From Candidatus Geohabitans tengchongensis (lineage in GTDB: Bacteria > Sysuimicrobiota > Sysuimicrobiia > Sysuimicrobiales > Humicultoraceae): a stretch of DNA of 64,000 nucleotides. The stretch spans positions 26,030-90,029 of the forward strand of contig JAVKIH010000008.1 of assembly GCA_031459625.1 (NCBI GenBank). The letters run 5' to 3'. This document shows, piece after piece, positions 48,821-56,781 of this stretch. Positions within the stretch are counted from its first letter, which is position 1; each line of letters begins with the position of its first letter. The notes beneath the pieces were generated by a model that was given only the letters and a program-made list of their open reading frames with translations, was not told the origin of the DNA and ran no database searches. Both the position numbers and the translations under genes were made by a program.

Positions 48821-49794
48821 CCGCGGGCGCAGCGCCGGCAGAGCCGGCGTCTGTCCTCCCCCGCTTCGTGGTGGTACGGGTGCGGGCGGCGCCGGCGGCG
48901 GCCGAGGCGGCGGCGGCTCTCCTGCACGAGGCGGCCCCTCCGGGCGTGGAGGAGCGGCGCCAGGGGGACGACGTGGTCCTGGTCGCCTATCTGCCCGCAG
49001 AGCTCGCGCCCCGCCTGGTGTCCGGCCTGCGCGCGCGCCTCGAGGCCCTCCCGCGCTACGGGCTCGGGGAGGCGCCCACCGTGGCGGTGGAGCCGCTGGC
49101 CGAGGAGGAGTGGGCCACGGCCTGGCGCCGCCACTTCCACCCCTTCCCGGTCGGCCGGCGCCTCTGGATCGCGCCCTCGTGGGCGCCCGGGGACCCGCCC
49201 GACGGACGGCTGGCCGTCCGCATCGACGCCGGATTGGCCTTCGGCAGCGGCCTGCACGCCTCGACGCGTCTGTGCCTGGAGCTCCTCGAGGACCTGGTCC
49301 GGCCCGGCGTCACCGTAGTGGATGTGGGCACCGGCTCCGGCATCCTGGCGGTGGCGGCGGCGAGGCTGGGAGCGGCGCGGGTGGTGGCCACCGACCTCGA
49401 CCCGGTGGCGGCCCAGGCCGCGGCGCAGGCGGTCCGGGCGAACGACCTGCGCGGTGTCGTCGCCGTCGTGGTGGCCGACCTGCTCGCTCCGGTACGTCGC
49501 CCCATGGACCTGATCGTGGCCAACCTCACCGCGGACCTGCTCGAGCGCCTGGCGCTGCACGTGCCCGCGGCGCTCTCCCCGGAGGGCCGGTTCATCGCCT
49601 CGGGGATCGCCGCCGCGCAGGCCGCGCGGGTCCGGGAGGCGCTCGCCGCGGCGGGGCTGGCAGTGGTGCGCGAGCGCGTGCGAGAAGGGTGGCACGCGCT
49701 GGTGGCGCAGCTGTTGCCCGAGGGGCGGGCGTCGATGGCGCAGCCGCAGTCGGACGGATCAGCGTGGGCAGAGTCGTCGTCCGTCGCGCGGTGA
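48787..49794 (+). CDS. prmA: Ribosomal protein L11 methyltransferase
   Basis: EEEWATAWRRHF, AFGSGLHASTRLCL, DVGTGSGIL, VANL; true start probably nearer 48850-48870. Confidence 0.9.
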   Translation: MEENEGPLHGLTAGAAPAEPASVLPRFVVVRVRAAPAAAEAAAALLHEAAPPGVEERRQGDDVVLVAYLPAELAPRLVSGLRARLEALPRYGLGEAPTVAVEPLAEEEWATAWRRHFHPFPVGRRLWIAPSWAPGDPPDGRLAVRIDAGLAFGSGLHASTRLCLELLEDLVRPGVTVVDVGTGSGILAVAAARLGAARVVATDLDPVAAQAAAQAVRANDLRGVVAVVVADLLAPVRRPMDLIVANLTADLLERLALHVPAALSPEGRFIASGIAAAQAARVREALAAAGLAVVRERVREGWHALVAQLLPEGRASMAQPQSDGSAWAESSSVAR

Positions 49795-50537
49795 CCGTGA
49801 CCCGGCGCTTCCTCGTGCCGTCCGAAGCCCTCGAGGCCGACGAGGTGCGGCTGCCGCCCGAGGAGTCGCACCACGCCGCCGTGGTGCTGCGGCTGCGGCG
49901 GGGGGAGCGCGTCGTCCTCTTCGACGGGCGCGGGGTAGAGGCGCTGGTGGAGCTCACCCGGGTCGAGCCCCGCGAGGTGCGCGCGCGGGTGGTCGCCCGG
50001 TCGGCGGCGTCGGCGCGCGGACCGACGGTGCAGGTAACGCTGGCGCAGGGGATCCCCAAGGGCGGCAAGATGGACGACGTGATCCGCATGGGGACCGAGG
50101 TGGGCGTGGCCCGCTTCGTCCCGCTCCTCACGCGCCGCGCGCTGGCCCGGCCCTCGGCGGCGCGCCTGGCCCGGTGGCGGCGCATCGCGGCCGAGGCGGC
50201 CAAGCAGTCGCGTCGGCTCACCGTCCCGGAGGTGACCGACCCGCTGCCGCTGCCGGCCCTGTGGGCCGGGGAGCGGGCGGGTCCCCTGCTCATGCCCTGG
50301 GAGGAGGAACGGGCCGGGATCGGCGAGGTGCTGCCGCGCCTGGGACCGGTGCGCGCGGTGACGGTGGCGGTGGGGCCGGAGGGGGGCTTCGCCCCCGAGG
50401 AGGTGGCGGAGGCGCGCGCGCACGGGGCGGTGACGGTCTCGTTGGGGCCGACGATCCTGCGGACTGAGACGGCGGGGGTAGTGACGGTGGCCATGGTGCT
50501 CTACGAGTTGAGCCTGCGCCGGATCGAGGAGCGCTGA
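49791..50537 (+). CDS. rsmE: 16S rRNA (uracil-1498-N3)-methyltransferase
   Basis: VLRL..GE, PKG.KMD, TEVGV, EAAKQSRR, VGPEGGF, LGPTILRTETA. Confidence 0.95.
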   Translation: MTVTRRFLVPSEALEADEVRLPPEESHHAAVVLRLRRGERVVLFDGRGVEALVELTRVEPREVRARVVARSAASARGPTVQVTLAQGIPKGGKMDDVIRMGTEVGVARFVPLLTRRALARPSAARLARWRRIAAEAAKQSRRLTVPEVTDPLPLPALWAGERAGPLLMPWEEERAGIGEVLPRLGPVRAVTVAVGPEGGFAPEEVAEARAHGAVTVSLGPTILRTETAGVVTVAMVLYELSLRRIEER

Positions 50538-50616
50538 TGCGTGCGGGGCGGCCGGGTTCCCGTTACACCGGTGTGACGGCGGCCGTCGTATAGTGAGGGG
50601 TGGAGGTGAGGACCCG

Positions 50617-51072
50617 ATGCGCTTCGTCACCGTGCTCGGTGTGGTCGGCCTGCTGCTCCTGGGGCTGGCCGGCGTGGGCTATCCGGAATACAACTACCAG
50701 CAGCAGACCCCCGCCGCGCCTGCCGCGGGGGTGAAGCAGCAGATCCAGACGGCGGCCACCCACTCCGGGTTCGCCGCCGGCGGGCAGTCGCTGGCCTACG
50801 TGCAGCAGCACCTGGGCCATGCCCTCAACTGCATCGAGGGCAAGGGCGGGCGGAACTTCAACGCGGCCTGGGGGCACGTCTGCGAGGGGCAGGGGAACGG
50901 CATCCTCAACGACCTCCGGGGGGTCTCCGGCGGTGCGGCCGTGCGCCCGCTGGTGGAGCACGCCGACGGCCTGGCTGTCACCGGGGTCAAGACCCGCGAC
51001 CTGGCCACGGCGCGGGCCGCAGCGGCGGGCGTCAGCGCTCTGCTCAAGGTGGCCGCGGAGTACCTGAAGTAA
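50617..51072 (+). CDS. Secreted hypothetical protein with His/Cys motif
   Basis: Signal peptide; TAATH..HLGHALNCIEG..GHVCEGQGNG; GGAGG RBS, TATAGT upstream. Confidence 0.7.
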   Translation: MRFVTVLGVVGLLLLGLAGVGYPEYNYQQQTPAAPAAGVKQQIQTAATHSGFAAGGQSLAYVQQHLGHALNCIEGKGGRNFNAAWGHVCEGQGNGILNDLRGVSGGAAVRPLVEHADGLAVTGVKTRDLATARAAAAGVSALLKVAAEYLK

Positions 51073-52156
51073 CGGCCCCCCACAGCCGACGGAGCCAGCG
51101 GCGGCGTCCTGCGGCGAGCGGCTGGGGGATCCACACCAGCCGGCCCACCCACCGCAGGAAGTCCGCAGGGGCCTCTCCTCCCAGCCACCGCAGGAGCCCC
51201 ACCTGCACGATAGCGCTGAGGGCAGCCTCCTCCCGCAGGAGGCGGGCCTGCAGGCGGGCGGTCAGGCGGCGCGCCAGATAGGGCCACCGTCCCCCCTCCA
51301 GCACCGCCAGGGCCTCTGCCGGCACCGGTGCGCCGAACAGGTCGGCCGCCAGCGCCACCGCCACCTGGACGGTGCGGCGCGCCTCCACGCAGACGGCACC
51401 GGCGAAGGTCCAGTCCACGCCGCCGCGCGCCGCCACTTCGGCGATGTCGCGGATGTAGCGGGCGCGGGGGCGGCCGTACCACAGCTCGCGCATCCAGAAG
51501 ACGGCCAGCCCCACGATCAGGTCGGCGGGCGCGGGGAGGAGGGCCTGGGCGCCGGCCACGTCTACCGGTCTCGCCCGGCAGGCCACGGCGTCGTGGTCGA
51601 GCGGCAGGAGGTGCGGGTAGCCGGCATAGCGCCAGTGCAGGTCCACCGGCAGGGTCAGGCCTGACGGCGGCATGTACCCGCGGGCGCTACGCCAAGTGCG
51701 GTCGGCCGCGCTGGGGGCTCCGCCGGCGATGCGGTAGCCCAGCGCGCAGAGCGCCCGGTGCGCGGCGTTGACCGTCTCCGGGGCGACGAGGAGGTCCAGG
51801 TCGTGCATGGGGCGCAGCGCGGGATCGGGGTAGGTTGCCCGCGCCAGCGCCGCGCCCTTCAGCAGGAGCGGGCGGACCCCTTCACGGTTCAGGGCCGAGA
51901 GCACCGCGGCCAGCTCCATCTCCACCCGGACCGCCCGCTGCGCGGCCCGCTCGGACGCGGAGGCCAGCTCGCGCGCCACCGGCCCGGGCACGGTCACCCC
52001 GGCCCGCCGGATGCCGTCCCAGAGCAGCGGGATGACCTGTTCCCGCCTCGCCAGGCGATGCACGGCGTCCCAGTCGGTGGGGAGGTCCGGCGGGAGGGGC
52101 TCGAGGTGCAGCAGCCGGAGGAAGGTCCGCTCGAACGGGTAGAGGCGCGGCGGCAT
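51044..52156 (-). CDS. Nucleotidyltransferase family protein (NTP_transf_5-like)
   Basis: LLLKGAALA...YPDPALRPMHDLDLLV, LGY, VDLHW, DIAEV. Confidence 0.85.
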   Translation of the reverse strand: MPPRLYPFERTFLRLLHLEPLPPDLPTDWDAVHRLARREQVIPLLWDGIRRAGVTVPGPVARELASASERAAQRAVRVEMELAAVLSALNREGVRPLLLKGAALARATYPDPALRPMHDLDLLVAPETVNAAHRALCALGYRIAGGAPSAADRTWRSARGYMPPSGLTLPVDLHWRYAGYPHLLPLDHDAVACRARPVDVAGAQALLPAPADLIVGLAVFWMRELWYGRPRARYIRDIAEVAARGGVDWTFAGAVCVEARRTVQVAVALAADLFGAPVPAEALAVLEGGRWPYLARRLTARLQARLLREEAALSAIVQVGLLRWLGGEAPADFLRWVGRLVWIPQPLAAGRRRWLRRLWGAVTSGTPRPP

Positions 52157-52185
52157 CAGGGCCGGACGCGGCCACGGCGCCGTGC

Positions 52186-52992
52186 TCAATAGGCGCTGAG
52201 CGTGCCGGACCGCCGGGCCTCCGCAAAGCTCCAGTGCAGGGCGAGCAAGCCCAGCGGGACGAGCGCGGCGGCAAAGGCGGCCAGGACGAGCACCTCGCCG
52301 CGCAGGCCGGCCGCCCCTGTCCCCTCCAGCAGGACGAGCCGCATGGCGCGCAGCGCGTGGGTCATCGGCAGCCACTCCCCCAGCCGCTGCAGGGGTGCCG
52401 GGAGGACGGTGGTGGGATAGAAGAGGCCGCCCACCAACGCCGAGGCGGCGGCGATCGGCGCGGTCAGCGGATCGGGCTGGCGGGTGAGGAGGACGTAGGC
52501 TGCGGCGAGCCAGCCCACGGCCAGGAAGGTCGCCCCCGAGAGCCCCAGGACCACGAGGGCGGCGGCCAGGTTGGCTCGAGCGATCGGCAGGCCGAAGAAG
52601 ACCTCCCCCACCCACAGGGAGAGGGCCGCCTGCCCGAGGCCCAGCAGGACCGGCCACAGCGACAGGCCCAGCGCCAGCGTCCCCACTGCACAGGGCGTGG
52701 CGGCCAGGCTCTCCAGCGTGCCGGCCACCTGCTCCTGGCGCAGCGCGGCCGGGCAGGCGCGCATCACCGCGGTGAGGAAGCCGAAGAAGGCCACGCCGAC
52801 GAGCGCGAAGGCGAAGTAGCCCGCCGGGCGCCCCGATGCCGGATCCGGTGCGGGGACCAGGCGTCCCAGGTAGTAGAGGGTGGCGGCGGTGAACCCCACG
52901 CCCGCGGCCTGCCAGGCCGGCGCCAGGCGCGCCGTCCCCGCGGCGATGCTGTCACGCCGGAGAAACGCCCACAACTGGAAGAGCAGGGCCAC
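52186..52992 (-). CDS. ABC-2 type exporter permease
   Basis: AFLRRD, YFAFALVG, EQVAGTLESL.ATP, GGLFYP..VLP, LPMTHALRAMR. Confidence 0.85.
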   Translation of the reverse strand: MALLFQLWAFLRRDSIAAGTARLAPAWQAAGVGFTAATLYYLGRLVPAPDPASGRPAGYFAFALVGVAFFGFLTAVMRACPAALRQEQVAGTLESLAATPCAVGTLALGLSLWPVLLGLGQAALSLWVGEVFFGLPIARANLAAALVVLGLSGATFLAVGWLAAAYVLLTRQPDPLTAPIAAASALVGGLFYPTTVLPAPLQRLGEWLPMTHALRAMRLVLLEGTGAAGLRGEVLVLAAFAAALVPLGLLALHWSFAEARRSGTLSAY

Positions 52993-53737
52993 GCGTCTCC
53001 TCCACGGCCGCCTCGTAGCACGCCCGCACGCGCGCCGCTCCACCCTCCCCGACGGCCACCACCTCGCGCAGGCGCCCGCCTGCGAGGATGCCCACACGGT
53101 CGCACACGCCGGCCGCCTCCTCGAAGTCGTGCGTCGCCAGCAGAACGGTGCGGCCCTCTGTGCTGGCCAGGTGGCGTACCAGCGCCCGGAAGGCGTCAGC
53201 CGCCTGGGGGTCGAGGCTGCGCGTCGGCTCGTCGAGGCAGAGGACGGGCTGGCCGCCCACGAGCGCCCGGGCGAGCAGGAGCCGCTGGCGCATCCCCGTC
53301 GAGTACCGGGCCACGACCTGGTCGGCCGCCTCGGTGAGTCCCACCTGCCCGAGCGCCGCTTCGGCCCGCCGGCGCGCTTCACCCGGCGCGCAGCCGAGCA
53401 GGCCCGCGAAGAAGATCAGGTTGTCCCGCCCGGAGAGCCGCCAGTAACAGGCGCGCTCGTCCCCCGTGACCAGCGCCACGCGCCGCCGCACCAGCGTCGG
53501 CTCCCGCACCACGTCCGCGCCCAGGATGCGGGCCGTGCCGCCGGACGGGAGGAGGAGGGTGGTCAGGATCTTGAGCAGAGTGGTCTTGCCGGCGCCGTTC
53601 GGACCCAGCAGGCCGAAGATCTCTCCCGCCTCGACCTGCAGGGTCACGTCCCACAGGGCGTCCACCGGGCGATGGGCCCCGAGCGGCCAGCGCCCGCGGA
53701 AGCGCTTGGTCAGGGAGGAGGTCTCGACCGCCGCCAC
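52952..53737 (-). CDS. ABC exporter ATP-binding protein
   Basis: GPNGAGKTT, YWRLSGRDNL.FF, YSTGMRQRL, LDEPTRSLDP, ATH. Confidence 0.92.
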   Translation of the reverse strand: MAAVETSSLTKRFRGRWPLGAHRPVDALWDVTLQVEAGEIFGLLGPNGAGKTTLLKILTTLLLPSGGTARILGADVVREPTLVRRRVALVTGDERACYWRLSGRDNLIFFAGLLGCAPGEARRRAEAALGQVGLTEAADQVVARYSTGMRQRLLLARALVGGQPVLCLDEPTRSLDPQAADAFRALVRHLASTEGRTVLLATHDFEEAAGVCDRVGILAGGRLREVVAVGEGGAARVRACYEAAVEETRGPALPVVGVSPA

Positions 53738-53790
53738 GACCCATTCAGTACCGGGGAGGACCGGAGACTTCCTGTCTACGGTGCGTGCCG

Positions 53791-53890
53791 TCGGCCGCCG
53801 CTGTTCCCCGCCGGTCTTGCGCCCTCGGGCCGCCACCGTTCCCGCGCCGGTCTTGCGCGCCCTCGGCCGCCACCACCCTCGGCCGCCACG
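53791..53890. repeat. Degenerate direct repeats in the divergent promoter region
   Basis: tcggccgccgctgttccccgccggtcttgcgccc / tcgggccgccaccgttcccgcgccggtcttgcgcgccc, plus two further tcggccgccac half units. Confidence 0.75.
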
Positions 53891-53995
53891 GCTCCTGTGT
53901 CGTTTGCACGATGGTACTCCTGCATTCGACGGATAGGCGGTGCGTGCTGCCGTCCATACACTGGAAAGGCGCCAGGAACACCCAGGGGGTCATCA

Positions 53996-54640
53996 ATGTG
54001 GTGGCGAGGGGGGATTCGCTCGGCAAGCATCCCACTCGCGGGAGGGGTCGAGTCGATCTCTCCTCGCGTCCCTCCACCGCCACCACCTCCACCGCCAGCA
54101 CCGCCCCCCGGCGGCGGGCCTCCCGGCGCCATCCTGATCCCCCTCATCCCGCTGATCCTGCTGATCATCGGCGCTCCACCGGTGGTGGAGCAGCCACCTC
54201 CGCCGGTGGTCCAGGTCACCCCGACGCCTCCCCCTGAGGCCGCCCCGACACCGTCACCCGCGGCCGAAGCGCCCCCGTCGCCTCCTCCGCCTTCCCCGGC
54301 GCCGACTCCAGGTGTCCTCCCGCCCACCGTGGCGCCCACAGCGCCGCCGGCGCCGCCCGCTGCCGCTGTGACGCCCGGCCCGCCCGCGCGCCCCCGGCCC
54401 ACGCCGATCGTCCTCGGCCCCCCCGCACCGGCGCCCGCACCTGCCGCGCCTGCACCGCCTGCTCCTGCGGCTGCAGCGCCGCCACCGGTCCGGGCGGTGG
54501 CCACGCCACCCCCCGCCGCCCCGCCGCCCGGGGCGGTGCTTCCCTTCGGAGGCGCCCGCCTGTGGATCCCGGTGGCGCTGGGCCTGGGCCTGGTGGGCAC
54601 GGGGTACCTCCTCCTCCGCCGGAACGCCAGGGCGGGGTGA
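53996..54640 (+). CDS. Proline-rich surface protein with sortase sorting signal (LPFGG-TM-RR)
   Basis: P/A/T-rich body; C-terminal VLPFGGARLWIPVALGLGLVGTGYLLLRRNARAG; stop overlaps the sortase start; N-terminus uncertain. Confidence 0.7.
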   Translation: MWWRGGIRSASIPLAGGVESISPRVPPPPPPPPPAPPPGGGPPGAILIPLIPLILLIIGAPPVVEQPPPPVVQVTPTPPPEAAPTPSPAAEAPPSPPPPSPAPTPGVLPPTVAPTAPPAPPAAAVTPGPPARPRPTPIVLGPPAPAPAPAAPAPPAPAAAAPPPVRAVATPPPAAPPPGAVLPFGGARLWIPVALGLGLVGTGYLLLRRNARAG

Positions 54641-55266
54641 GCGCCCTGCGGACGCTGGGTCTTGTCCTGATGGTGGTGGGCGGGCTGCTACTGGCGGCAC
54701 CCGCCTTCTGGTCGGTCTACACGGGGCGGGGGGCCGAAGCGGCGCAGACCGCGGCCCTGGCCGAGTGGGAGCGCGCCCTGACCGACGGCCAGACGGTAGC
54801 GGAGGAACGGACGACCCAGGTGGATCGCAGGGCGGCTGCCGGCACCCTGCGCCCGGCCGAAGGGCTCGTCCTCACCATCCCGCGTCTGGGGTTGCGCCGC
54901 TTCGTCCCAGAAGGGGCCCGGCCCGAACACCTGCGCCGCTTCGGCCTGGGACGCATCTCCTGGACGGCCCGGCCCGGCCAGGCCGGTGTGGTCGGCATCG
55001 CCGGTCACCGCACCACGCATGGGGCGCCCTTCTTCCGCCTGCCCGCCCTGCGGCCCGGCGACGAGGTGCTGCTCGAGGACGGGCGGCAGCGCTATCTCTA
55101 CCGCGTGGCGGAGCAGCGCACCGTCCGCCCGACCGCGGTGGAGGTCCTGCGCGGTGAGGCCGGCCGCCGTCGCCTCGCCCTGGTCACCTGTACCCCGGCC
55201 TACAGCGCCGCCTACCGCCTCGTGGTGCTGGCCGACCTGCAGCGCGTCCAGGTGGCGGCCCCGTGA
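54637..55266 (+). CDS. Sortase (class D/E-like)
   Basis: N-terminal TM, IPRLGL, AGHRTTHGAPF, LVTCTP, catalytic Arg in YRLVV. Confidence 0.92.
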   Translation: MSALRTLGLVLMVVGGLLLAAPAFWSVYTGRGAEAAQTAALAEWERALTDGQTVAEERTTQVDRRAAAGTLRPAEGLVLTIPRLGLRRFVPEGARPEHLRRFGLGRISWTARPGQAGVVGIAGHRTTHGAPFFRLPALRPGDEVLLEDGRQRYLYRVAEQRTVRPTAVEVLRGEAGRRRLALVTCTPAYSAAYRLVVLADLQRVQVAAP

Positions 55267-55276
55267 CCGCGGTCGC

Positions 55277-55609
55277 GTGACTGGCCCCGTGACCGGCGGT
55301 CCCGTAACCGCTCCGTCCAGTGCGCCGGGCGACTCGGGCCCCAGGCTGGCCGCCCGCTTTGCCACGGAGGCCGCCCGCTTTGCCGCGGAAGTCGTCCTCT
55401 TCGACCCGGAAGACGGCCGGCTGGTCGTCCTCTCGGGCGCTGCCGCCAGCGTCTGGACCGCGTGCGACGGCCGGGCCACCGACGAGGTGGCCCGGGCGGC
55501 GGGCCTGGGGGTGGGCCGCGTGCGCCGGATCCTGCGCGACCTCGAGCGCGCAGGTGCCGTGGCCCGCGAGGGCGCAGGGTGGCGCCGGCGGGTGTGCGTG
55601 GAGGTCTGA
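55277..55609 (+). CDS. PqqD family / RiPP recognition element protein
   Basis: EVVLFDPEDGRLVVLSGAAASVWTACDG..T..VA....L..L...G pattern; start uncertain. Confidence 0.75.
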   Translation: MTGPVTGGPVTAPSSAPGDSGPRLAARFATEAARFAAEVVLFDPEDGRLVVLSGAAASVWTACDGRATDEVARAAGLGVGRVRRILRDLERAGAVAREGAGWRRRVCVEV

Positions 55610-55611
55610 GC

Positions 55612-56637
55612 GTGAGCGCGCATGCGGGCCTGCGTGTGGCGCAGCACGAGGCCCGGGGCTCCGAGGGCGAGCGGGAGGGCGTGGCCGCTCTTTCGGGCGC
55701 GCCCGGTCTTGCGGGCGCGCCTGCGGAGGCCGGGTCTCGCAGCGGGTGGCGCAAAACCGGCTGGACCGTACGGGTGCACGCGGCGCCGGGCTCACCGCAG
55801 GGCTTGAGGGGAGCCCGGCTGCAGACACTGCTCGCCGCGCTGGACCTCTGCGGGCTCCGCCTGCCTGCCCTCGAGGTGGAGCTGGGCGCTGACGGGTGGG
55901 CCGTCGGCCGCGTCGGGGGAGAGGCCCTGTGGCGCATCCGCCTGCCGGAGACGCGAGCGCTCTCGGTGCTGCTCGGGCAGTGCACCGCCACCGCCCTCCA
56001 CTTGGCCGACCGTCTCTTCCTGCACGCCGGCGTGGTGGCGGTGCGCGGACGGGCGGTGGTGCTGGCCGGCCCGAGCGGGGCGGGGAAGACCAGCCTGGTG
56101 GCCGCGCTGCTGGCGCAGGGGGCGACCTACCTCTCCGACGAGGTGGCCTGGCTCCCCCTGCCGGACAGTGTGCCGACCAGTGTGCAGGTGCCGGACGGCG
56201 TGCGGGCGCCGGACCGTGTACAGAGCCGGCACGACGGTGGCCCGTTCAAGGGAGCGCCGTGCGCCTTCCCCTTCGCCCTGCCGCTCGCCATCAAACCGTG
56301 GACGTTGCGCGCTCTCGGGACCCTGCCCTCCGGTGAGGTGGTCGCCCGGGACGACGACGTCACCTACGTCCTGCCGCCGCGCCGGGCGCAGACGCGCGTG
56401 CCTGTGGCGCTGTTGGTCCTCCTGGAAGGACGGGGCTGGCGGGTGCGGCTGCGGTCGCTCTCACCCGGCGCGGTCTTCCTGGCGCTGAGCCGCCAGCCCT
56501 CCTCCCTGCAGCTGGCGCGCCACCGCGCCCGCGCCTTTGCCGGCCTCGCCGGCCTCCTACGCACCGTGCCGGCCGTGGGGCTGGTGACGCCCTCGCCGGC
56601 CGCCGGCGCCGCCGCCCTCCTCGAGACCCTGCCCTGA
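55612..56637 (+). CDS. HPr kinase-related P-loop kinase
   Basis: LFLHAGVV, LAGPSGAGKTSL, YLSDEVA, FPFALPLAIK. Confidence 0.8.
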   Translation: MSAHAGLRVAQHEARGSEGEREGVAALSGAPGLAGAPAEAGSRSGWRKTGWTVRVHAAPGSPQGLRGARLQTLLAALDLCGLRLPALEVELGADGWAVGRVGGEALWRIRLPETRALSVLLGQCTATALHLADRLFLHAGVVAVRGRAVVLAGPSGAGKTSLVAALLAQGATYLSDEVAWLPLPDSVPTSVQVPDGVRAPDRVQSRHDGGPFKGAPCAFPFALPLAIKPWTLRALGTLPSGEVVARDDDVTYVLPPRRAQTRVPVALLVLLEGRGWRVRLRSLSPGAVFLALSRQPSSLQLARHRARAFAGLAGLLRTVPAVGLVTPSPAAGAAALLETLP

Positions 56638-56642
56638 TCCGC

Positions 56643-56696
56643 TCCTGAGGCGGCCACCCGTCCTGAGGCGGCCACCCGTCCTGAGGCCGCCACCCG
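56643..56696 (+). repeat. 18-bp tandem repeat x3
   Basis: tcctgaggcggccacccg x2 plus tcctgaggccgccacccg. Confidence 0.9.
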
Positions 56697-56720
56697 CCGC
56701 ACCCCGTGGGGGCGACGAGG

Positions 56721-56759
56721 GTTGAAAAATTTTTCACATTGAGTAGAGTATTATTCATC
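56721..56759 (+). promoter_or_regulatory. Tandem ARG boxes / arg operon promoter
   Basis: AT-rich island; perfect palindrome TGAAAAATTTTTCA (56723-56736) and a degenerate box ending ATTCA 21 bp later; argR lies in the operon. Confidence 0.75.
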
Positions 56760-56781
56760 TCGCCCGGACGAGGAGACGGTC

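Noticed and set aside
55277..55609. PqqD as part of PQQ biosynthesis serving the PQQ-dependent dehydrogenase at 24099
   Set aside because: No pqqA/B/C/E nearby; its context is a kinase and a sortase, 30 kb from the dehydrogenase.
51044..56637. Lasso peptide biosynthetic cluster
   Set aside because: No asparagine-synthetase-like cyclase, no B2 peptidase and no short precursor with a lasso leader could be seen; only the accessory-type genes are present.
56643..56696. Possible CRISPR array (also considered for 3614-3753 and 53791-53890)
   Set aside because: Units are directly adjacent with no unique spacers, and no cas genes are in the window.
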